A stretch of DNA of 61,420 bases, filler included, from Piptocephalis cylindrospora (lineage: Eukaryota): the NCBI GenBank assembly GCA_003614145.1. It is 17 parts of 17 records of this genome, joined end to end, with 100 filler letters (N's around TTAATTAATTAA, not from the genome) between each part and the next. Parts side by side here need not be neighbours in the genome. Positions count along the whole stretch, not along the records: positions 50,838 to 54,339 come from KZ988677.1; positions 54,440 to 57,936 come from KZ988678.1; positions 58,037 to 61,420 come from KZ988679.1; 14 more parts are not named here. The stretch is one strand, 5' to 3'. Both the position numbers and the translations under genes were made by a program. Below the pieces are notes generated by a model, which made no database searches, was not told the origin of the DNA, and saw nothing but the letters and a program-made list of their open reading frames with translations. Of the stretch, positions 50,894 through 61,420 are shown in pieces (the first letter of the stretch is position 1; every line of letters begins with the position of its first letter).

Positions 50894-52788
50894 ATAGAAT
50901 GTGAGTTGGATGGAGATGGGGGATGGGGGGAGGAGAAGGAGGGACTTACCAAGCTTACGCTCAAGATCACTCATGATGGATAGGAGAAGGGTGAGGGGAA
51001 AGATCGGTTAGGATGGGTGGTCGCCGTCAAGAGGGAAAGCGGATGGTTGGGATTGGCAAGGGTTTTTGTTTGGACTGGTTAAGGTGGGGGCGTTTCTCTA
51101 CCGACAACAGTGTATGACGGGGGGAAACGTAAAAAGGCGAGGGGGGAAGGGGGGGGAAGTGGTGGTGGAAGGATGGAGGGGAGGGATGTGGAGGAAGGAA
51201 GGAAGGAAAGAAAAGTGAAAAGGGGCTTTTTTAGGAGGGATATGGACTTTGGCTTGGGGTGGATGAGCTTTTGACTGGAGGAGCGGGAGGATCTGGAGGA
51301 TCTGGAGGAGGTGAGGGCAGGGCAAAAAAAATGGGAGGGGACAAAATGAGAGGCTGGTTGTCGATTGACTGGCGGTTTGAGTGTGATTTGAGCGAGGGAG
51401 CGAGTGAGGGAGCAGAGTGTGTAGAGTAGAGTGTGTAGAGCAGTGTGTAGAGTAGAGTGGACAGAGTGGACAGAGTGAGTAGAGTGAGTAGAGTGAGTAG
51501 AGTGAGTAGTGAGTGGGGAGTGAGCTTTTCCTTGTGAAGAGATGAGCAGGGCACACACATACATAGTGCGCACACAGGGAGAATTTACCCATACCCAGAT
51601 GGGAAGGGGAGGGATGTGTGTGCCAGCGTGTGTTCGATGTGTGTGTGCAGTACGGCAGGAAAGGCCAAGGGAGGGGATTTAACTGGTAGAGAGAGGGAGA
51701 GTTGAGGAGAGATAAGACGAGGCGAGGCGAGCAAGTGGATGGATGGATGATTCATAGCAGCCGTAGCAGGACAGGACACACACAGACACTCATGCTGATG
51801 AGCAAGAAGAGGAGTGTGAGTGGTCCTTTGCCGCCCCTTGGGCGGATGGAGGAGGGGGGGAGGCTGTTCGAGGCTAGGAGGAAGAGAGATGGTGGGCCGA
51901 TATGTGTGCATATGTATGTGTAGGAGAATATGTATTTCTATATGGATAGTGCAAATCAGTGAGAGTCAAAAGAAGGATTTGGCTGGGGCTGGTAGTCTCT
52001 TCTCTGTGACAGTGTTGGGGCTCTCTCTCATGATGATGCGTGATACTTAAGCTGCCGTAGTGGGGAGAGAGGGTGGTTGACAAGCTGGTGGGGAGACACC
52101 CTCTTTATCCCTTCCCCCACCTACGAGATATGAACTACTCCTCTCAGACCGGACAGCAACAGCAGCAGGGAGCATCCTCTTCCCAAGCAGTCACCGATGT
52201 GGACGACTTGGAAGCTCTGATGGGTAAGGATTTAGCTAGAGGATAGGGGAGAGGCTCAAAGCATCGCTCACGCCCCATCTCATCTCATCCCATCCCATAG
52301 CGGGTCTCTCCGTGCATACGCAAGAAAAGGTCAAGGAGCAATTGGGGGGACGTACAACGATCGACCGTATGGAGTTGGACCAGGTGGTTGAGGCTTCCCG
52401 ATGTTTTTGTCTGCTATGTGATGAGGAGGGAGGGCTAGGTGAGGAGGGAGAGTGAGGAATGGGGTGATATGTATTCTTTTTAAATGCTGAAAGAGAGGTA
52501 GGGAGGGTTCTTTGGATCACAACAACAACAGAGAGAGCATATCAAGCTCTTGGTGTGTACGACTCTGAGAGAGACGCACACACATTCTCTTTGTTTTAGG
52601 ACCGTGGGAGAATCGGAGAGAAATGCGCGCTAAGCGTGTTGTTGAGTCGTAGTAGTGAACAGCTGGGTCAACTCCTCACGGCCCCTTTGCTCCTCCCAGA
52701 GGGACGCGTCTCGACCCTCCTTCTTTCTCTTCTTCCCATCACTCGATCTCCCTGTGTCTTCCTCAACACCGTCTTCCCCAGAAACAGC

Positions 52789-54121
<1,333 letters not shown>

Positions 54122-54466
54122 GTAAGTAATGTGATGAGAAAGACCCATGTGCCCCCCCCCCCCCCCCCCCCCACCCCTGCTCATACTCACTCCCCCTCCT
54201 CCCCCACACACACCACAATGAAATCCCCACCCCACCCCATGTCTCTCGCCCCATCCCATCATCATCCCCTCCCCTCCCCCCACGGACGAGGAGGCGATGA
54301 CCATGGGTCGGGTAGTCCCCACCCCTCCCAACAACACCCNNNNNNNNNNNNNNNNNNNNNNNNNNNNNNNNNNNNNNNNNNNNTTAATTAATTAANNNNN
54401 NNNNNNNNNNNNNNNNNNNNNNNNNNNNNNNNNNNNNNNCTATCCTTTGTCTTCCTGACTTACCAT

Positions 54467-55622
54467 TTAAAGGAGCGTCTCTTTTTCCTCAGCGTCGGGA
54501 TTCCTACGGAAAGAGTCTTTTTCCCCATTGGCCCCCCGAAAGATAGTATATCCAATAGCCTGGACTCCACAGATCCCCAGGAGAGCCCAAAGAGGCAGGT
54601 CAACCGCACGGGCCGGATCGGCCAGGAAGCGCGCCTGAAGTCCATAGGTAAAAGGGACCCAGACGAAGTTACCAAAGGCCAGCATCCAGCCAAAACCATC
54701 GGTAGTAATATCCATGGTGGTGAGTACAGTGTGCTCATTCCACAAGGAATCGGCAATATACCATACTTCAAAGAGCTGCACCAGAACCATAGCATTGCTC
54801 ACCCTTCCCCCCATCCCCTCGTAGTGCCGGACCAGACAGGCCAGGTTCATGACCAGCCAGCCGATGAGGTTGGGTCGTTGTTCCACCACCTGCTTAATAT
54901 CCAATAGGCCTATGCGGGGATTGAGCTCCCGACCAATGAACCAGTCATATAAAGCATTTCCCGTATTTCCCCCCGTCGCCAGTAAGACGTTCCCAGACCT
55001 CAGGGAGGCAAGGTAGAGCATCGTGCTAACAACAAAGGTAATGAGGCAGGCTGCCGTAACGAGCTGAACGGTATGATTAAAGAGGTAGAGGAAAGGACCA
55101 GAGCCTACAAGGTACCATGTTCCAAAGGATCCACCAGCGATGGCTACGAGTGTGGACCAACCTGTATTATTAGATGGTCATGAGTATGGGTCGGATGAGG
55201 AGGCATCAAGGGGTACTGCGGATGTACATGCATCCGGATGACGAGCAAGGAGAGATCGACCTACCATTTTCTTTGTAGAGTAACTGATTTCCATCTCGAA
55301 GTACGGTCCCTTGAACCCATTTCCCTGGGAGGATGGTCCAAAGAAGGATGATCAGGCCTAGCCATCCTAGGTACACAAAAGTAACCTCCCAGGAAAACAA
55401 AGTATCCCATAACGGAAGGATCCCAGGAAATGTTTTTCCCTGGTAAAATAATGGAGAGGGACAACCCTCTGGACTACAATTAAGCTGGAAGAACAGGGCA
55501 AAAAAGTGGGTGAGGAAGATGATGGCCATGACACCAGGAATGCCAAAGAATTCCTTTTCTTTGGTCCATGGATTCAGATCCGTGGCTGCAGCCGTGGTGG
55601 CTGCTCGTGTAGTGGGTGACAT
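54467..55622 (-). CDS. ERG24: Sterol C14 reductase family protein (3'-partial, intron ~55265-55162)
   Basis: LNPWTKEKEFFG, GNTGNALYDWFIGRELNPR, TTMDITTDGFG and IFRGANGEKDSFR. Confidence 0.88.
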
Positions 55623-56210
55623 AAGGGGTTGCAGCGGTTGGGGTGAGTGAGGAAGTATGAGGAAGAAAGGTGGTAGAACGTTTTTTGAAGCGGGTGCTGA
55701 ATGCCATGCTGGTCTAGGTCCTTGCTTTTATCCCACGAGATAAGGGGCTGGAGGAGACTGCCCCTCGCCCATCGTATGATCCACGGCCCTGATCCCCTCA
55801 CCCCACAAGCGCTCCTTCTCTCTAGGCCACTCCTCCACTCCGCCATGGCCTCACACATCGTACCATACCGTTTCTAGGACATCTATAGAAAACCATGATG
55901 GGATGGATACACTGAAGGTAAATATAGACCGATTTATAGGATGGTTAAGATTAGAATTATTTCATCCCAGTCCAGTAAGTGAATGGGCCAGAATGATTTT
56001 TTTTTCTGTTTCGTGAGTAAAGTACTAAGCCATCTCCTAATTGACTGACCCTTCCAGATGGCCATCATGGCAAAATGGATATACACAGATACTCATGCCC
56101 CCCAGGTCAGACAGGATACCAAGCCATAATATATTCCCTTCGCCAGTCGCCTTCCCCTCCCAAGGGCATCCTAATACACGTACACTGTGGATGACACTCA
56201 CATGACCGGC

Positions 56211-57545
56211 CTAGCCAGATACACTAGGATCGTAGGAGGATATGCGTCGTTGAGTCTTGGAATGGGTAATTCCCGTGGATCGTACTGTCCAGTCCTTATT
56301 CATGGACAAGGTGTGGATCTCCGCGAGGTAGGGAGGAAGACTGGGTTCAGCGACCCCTTCCCTCACCATCTCCCGAAGCCCCTGTAGGACTGATGGACCA
56401 TTCAAGGAAACGGACATTCGGATGGGCCCATCTGGGGTTACCGTAGAAGATTCGGGCGAATTTGAGGATGCAGGCTGAATGGGGAGCTCTGTGTGCCATT
56501 GCAAAGACTCCAGGGTTGGTAAGGGCAAGGTCCCGTATAGTCGAGTGGCCGCCAGCATTCTTCGCCGCTTATCCCTGGAGGCCTTTGAGGATAGGGTCTT
56601 TTCATCATGATTATCCATACACCCTAGTGTGGGCAAGGAGAAGGAAACATGGGAAAGGGATGGAAGTTCAGAAAAAGTCACTTATTACCCCCTATACCAT
56701 TATATCAAATATAAACACTTTACCTTGACTGGAAAAAGAATTCGGTATTCGAGGATGAACCAGTGGATTGGTTTCAAGGGCCACTTCAGGCTTCAACGCT
56801 CCCCAGGGCCCTTGGGCCATGGGCTGAAGCAAGAGTTCCTGTAGAGACTTCAAAGAACGGCCTTCCAGAGGATGTGGCGTGATCACCGAGCATCCCAATG
56901 CCATGGTTAAGGCTTGCAGTAGAGCCGGTCGAGTTCGAGGACTCATTCCCGAAGCCAAGGCCCATTGTCCTCCCGGAAGCAAAAGAATATAGGAGAGAAG
57001 GGAGGATGGGGGGGGTCGATCAAGAGGTTGCCCTTCATAGATGGCCACACGGATCCATATCCTTCCCTCCAGTAGTAAGGATGTTGTATGCTATCGGGAG
57101 AAAGAAGAGTGAGTGAGATAAGGTCATTCACAACGCTGATTATACATTCCACTTGACTCTGTCCATTCAACCCACTCACATGACGAAAGAGAGGGGAAAG
57201 AGCATCGGTGAGCCGGGTCTGAACGAGTTCTGGAGATAGTGTCGATGGCGAAGATATGGGGCTTTCAAGAACTTTGAGCGCCCTCCACTGCTGCATCCCA
57301 CCCCCATCGCGTCGTTCCCGAAAGATGATGTCTGCTCGTGCAAGCTGACGATGGGTAATGCCATTAGGACATGTCTTTGCAAGTACATGTTGTAAGAGTA
57401 CCCGCCTCGGCCCCCGGAGCAATGCCTTCCACTCTGCAGGCCGGGCCGGGGCGGCTGGGAGGTCCAGGGCCCATCGAAGGTCATTGGGCTCCAGCCGTCC
57501 TAGGAGACGTCGCACAGGTGCTGAAGGAGAGAGAAGCTCATTCAT
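56211..57545 (-). CDS. CHL4: Kinetochore protein CENP-N/Chl4-like (2 introns)
   Basis: NGITHRQLARAD...W, WVRVAI, LKSLQELL, NPL and C-terminal LNGPSVLQGLREMVREG...PPYL, matching the Chl4/Mis15 pattern from memory. Confidence 0.65.
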
Positions 57546-58080
57546 AGATGGAGGAGTCAAGTACAAGCAGGCTAGTGGTAGTGGACGGTGGAGGAAGATA
57601 AAGACGACCTTGGGTAGAGGGATGTAGGAATCTTTCAAACAACAACAATAGTACGGTTTCTAGGCGGAGTCGACAGGTCACGCATTAGAAAGTCGTCGGC
57701 TAAAACGGAGATAAAGCGCCTTCCTTAGCATGTCGATATACTAGCTTACGCATTCTGCATAAACACTTCTGACCGTCTTGATGTTTCCATAATTAGGCTA
57801 ATAGCGCATTAAGTGGTATTGCGAGGCGGCGAGTGAATAGCATTAGACAATATATAATTGATGATTATAAGCATTTTGTATCATCTCTCAGCGAGTCAAG
57901 CCAATGAACACCTGAGTATTGTACCCACCTAAATAANNNNNNNNNNNNNNNNNNNNNNNNNNNNNNNNNNNNNNNNNNNNTTAATTAATTAANNNNNNNN
58001 NNNNNNNNNNNNNNNNNNNNNNNNNNNNNNNNNNNNTGCCCTTCGAATGGTGTACGCTTCTAAATGCACATAGAGTGTAC

Positions 58081-60291
58081 TCAGCCCTCCTTTGGGCTAG
58101 GGCTGGCCCTATCCATTGAATCGCTGGCTTTTAGGCTCATCTCCTCCAAATCAGAGATGAGGCTATCAGGCCCAGTGGTGACTTGTAGAGGAGACGGGTC
58201 TCGATCTTCTCCATATCCCCCCCTTAGCGCCGAATCCACCACTGCCTTGTCAAATGACAATTTCACCCGCTCTTCCTCCAACGCTTGGCCTTGCTGGTTT
58301 AGCTCCGACATTACCTTCCACTGGTAATCCAAAATTCCCTCTTCCATCACTTTTCGTCTTTCTTCCAATTCCCTAATCGCTTCTTCCCCCCACTTCTCCA
58401 CCTCCTCTTCCATGTTCCTCAGTTCATCCATCTGAAGGAGAACTTTTGCTTCAAGGGCGTCCATCTCCTTTTTCTTGACCTTCCCAGTCTCTTCCACTCG
58501 GAGAAGAGACTGGGCTTCCTTCTCGGCCATCTCCCTCTCTCTTGCCTTTCCGATTTCCTCCATCCGAAGCAGCGACTGGCCCTCCCTTTCCTCCATCTCT
58601 CTCTCTCTCACTTCGACCTTTCTTACCCGGTCGAGGCACTGAGCCTCCAGTTGCGCAGCTTCCTTCCCTCTCGCCTCAGCCTCCTCTATCCGGCCGAGAC
58701 ATTGGGCTTCCCGCTCTGCCATCTCCTTCTCCTTGGCTTTCCAGGCTTCCTCCATCCAGAGATGAAGATGAGCCTCCCGTTCCACCATTTCCTTCTCTTT
58801 GGCTTTCCCGGACTCCTCCATCCAGAGAAGGACCTGGGCCTCTCTTTCTGTCATCTCTTTCTCTTTGGATTTTCCGATCTCTTCCTTCCAGAGAAGAAGT
58901 TGAGCCTCATGCTCCGCCATCTCTCTCTCTTTGGCTTTCCCGACCTCTTCTTTCCAGAGAAGAAGTTGAGTCTCATGCTCCGCCATCTCCCTTTCCTTAG
59001 CCTTCCCAGCCTCCTCCAGCTTAGATAGCATTTCTAAGTGATGCTCCTGGAGGGCTTTGGCTCGAGCTTCTTCTCCCTTTGCCTTGGAAGTGTCATCCTC
59101 CAAGCTGGCTTGGAGTTCCGCAGCTTGGATTTTGTTCCTTTCATCTTCCTTGGCAATGTCTTGGCATTTGTCCTCCAGATGCGTTTTTAACGCCTCTAGG
59201 GAGACCTTGGATTTGGAAAGGCCCTTCTCCAATCGCCGAAGCCCTTCTCTCTCTTCCTCCAAGTCCTTCTTTTCTTCCTCAAAGATACACTTCTCTTTTG
59301 AAAAGGCCTCCTTTTCCTTTAAAAATTTATCCTTTTTCTGGGTCAGGGAGGTTTTCTCGGCCAGCACGAGAGCTAGTATGGCCTCTACATCTGCCATGAC
59401 TACCTTGGATTCCTTTTCCCTGGTTTCGGTCTTTTCCTGAGGTTCACCCGACAATGGATCGGAGACAGGGTTAGAGCCCTTCTCTATAGAATTGGCCTGG
59501 GGTGATGCTGAGGGGGAGGGGGAGCGGGATTTCTTTGCGGGTGATCCACCCTCTATGTCGTCTCCTGGCCCGTCCTCCAATGAGCGCTTGGTGGGAGAGG
59601 GGGGAGCACAGTCATCGGGCTTGGTGGTAGCCACGGGGGAGGTAGGGGGATTGACCTTGGGGGATAATGATGAACACGCTAGCTTTTCCGGGGTAGCGCG
59701 GGCCACAGTGCCGTTGGGACTTGGCTTAGGTCCCATGGTTTGCTCGGATGGTCGGAGGGTAGGACACCCAGCACTGGGTGAGGTGGCGGCCGCGTCCTCG
59801 GATACACCAGGAGAAGAGGGACATCCTAGCTCATCCACGGGCCTCCCTAGAGATGGATGAGGGGCCTTTTCCGCACGAGGAAGGAGGAGTTCTTTGGTGG
59901 GAAAAGGGCCATTGTTTTCTTTTAGGTTGAGGATTGCCGGAGGAGTTACTCCTGAGCTTGGGATATTGCTCTTTGCCCTATGAGTGAGGGAGGCACCGGC
60001 TTGTGGGATGACTAGGCTGCTTTCCTTTGCAACGGTGGATGAGCAGCTCTCCTTGTCCACGGAGGGGCTTGGGAGCCTTCGGTCGACATGGTGGATAGGT
60101 AAGTCTTTGTCCTTGAGGGAGGTAGGGATAGGGGTGCTGTAGACCTTGCTATAATTATCTATTACAGGAATGAGGAGGAATGAGGCTATGAAAGCCATGG
60201 TTGACTATTCATTGGTACGCTTACTGTCTTGCTGCATGGCTTTGGCGCCTTTGCTTTGGCTTTTCTTAACGTATTGCTTTGGGGTGGTCAT
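58081..60291 (-). CDS. Coiled-coil protein with 22-aa tandem repeats; intron 60224-60159
   Basis: Exon 1 MTTPKQYVKKSQSKGAKAMQQD splices in frame to the long ORF. Pro/Ser-rich N-half, then about 9 EEVGKAKEREMAEHEAQLLLWK-like units. Confidence 0.75.
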
Positions 60292-60398
60292 GGTAAATGG
60301 ATGGAGATGGCTGGTTGGCTACGCTTTTTGGTGTGTTGTTCCTATGGAAGGCAAAGGTATGCAAAATGAGGTAGCTAAAGGGAAGTAGGAGCAGGGAA

Positions 60399-60483
60399 GT
60401 GGATGGTTGGATAGTTGAAAGATGGGATGGATGGTTGGATGGTTGGATGGTTGGATGGTTGGATGGTTGGATGGTTGGATGGT
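60399..60483 (+). repeat. (GGATGGTT)n simple repeat
   Basis: Read directly from the sequence. Confidence 0.9.
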
Positions 60484-61420
60484 GGGGAGATGGAAAGATA
60501 GGATGGGGGTGGTGGGAAGATGGGATGGTGAGATGGCTGGCGAAGCGCTTGGATCCTTTTGGATGGCTTAGAGCAATGGGGAAGACGCGGCCCAGCGCGT
60601 GTGTATTTTTTCCCGCTCTGCAGCGAGCACGACAGTCGTATGCAATATCCTCTCCGTCGGATGAGGCGATGGCTCATGCACCTTGTGTGAATGAGCGTAG
60701 GGCTTTTCACACAGGCCTGTCTTCTCCGCAATGCTATCACATGATCACTTGGCATTCCTTAAGGGAGGTGGGGCTGGACGATAGCGGGTAGGCTATGTGG
60801 CGACTATGGTGATGTGGGCAATGTTGGGACTGGCCTTCCGAACGCGCCAGGTCCGACACCGCCATAGCCATCTTATTGGCCTAGTCCAGACTAGAGATGA
60901 CGGTCGAGGCCAAGGGCGGAGGTTTGTGTCTGTAAGGAACTTATAGATGTGCTCCGCCCCATCCAATGTTGCCCACTGCATGAAGACGTTTACTCGTTCG
61001 AGGGCCTTACAAAAGGGATACCTTCTGTATCATTGGGATAGCGATAAGCGGACGTATTGCTGGTGAGTTTGCTGGCTTTTCTCGAGTTTAAACCACATGC
61101 AATCCCAGTCACCTTGCTACTAACTTGGGGCATGCATGGACTAGGAAGCTTATTTTGGCCATGAGAGGCCCGTGTAGGACCGTCGGTCAGGATTTAAGAA
61201 TTTTAGCAACAACTAGAGTCACTGAAAGATCAGGATAGTGTTCGTATCGACTGGACCTGCCTCACAACGGAGGGCATAGCGGACTTATTGTCGACAGCAA
61301 TTTGCATCATCATTCGAACGCGCGATCCAAAGAGTGGATGTTTAGAATGGCACAAATCTGTTGCGGTTTTTTGACTGCTCTCTTGGAGTAGACTTTTTTT
61401 TAAATATCTCCTAGGCAGAC

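Noticed and set aside
60159..60198. Hydrophobic, signal-peptide-like start MAFIASFLLIPVI of the 705-aa ORF
   Set aside because: It lies inside a GTAAGC...TAG intron (60224-60159). The likely start is the ATG at 60291.

Overview
This window is not one locus. It is 17 unrelated contigs of about 3.4-3.6 kb, joined by artificial 100-bp N/TTAATTAATTAA/N spacers, so adjacency across a spacer means nothing. The source looks like a fragmented assembly of an early-diverging fungus, probably single-cell/MDA with k=55. A zygomycete/Zoopagomycota origin is my inference from gene style and short introns. Contig 1 (1-3580) is AT-rich mitochondrial DNA (atp6, nad2, nad4L; TGA=Trp) with GC-rich double-hairpin elements and an anticodon-less tRNA-like element. 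The other contigs are GC-balanced nuclear DNA with intron-containing genes: two tandem divergent ornithine-decarboxylase-like genes, TOP2, PRP6, ACB1, tRNA-Met, RCF1, SPP1, SNF7, an FHA-like orphan, a HARE-HTH protein, MDM38, TRS85, SNF1, a LETMD1-like gene, a small SET protein, CSN4, LST8, HSP78, an MFS transporter, TOA1, an AUH-like hydratase, ERG24, CHL4/CENP-N and a 22-aa-repeat coiled-coil protein. The three best leads are: (i) the ODC-like pair with a remodelled substrate pocket, (ii) an in-frame TGA at the Cys position next to the NBD2 Walker A motif in an otherwise intact HSP78, and (iii) the 49-nt mitochondrial tRNA-like element lacking an anticodon arm just upstream of nad2. Single-base anomalies could be amplification or assembly errors and need read-level checks.
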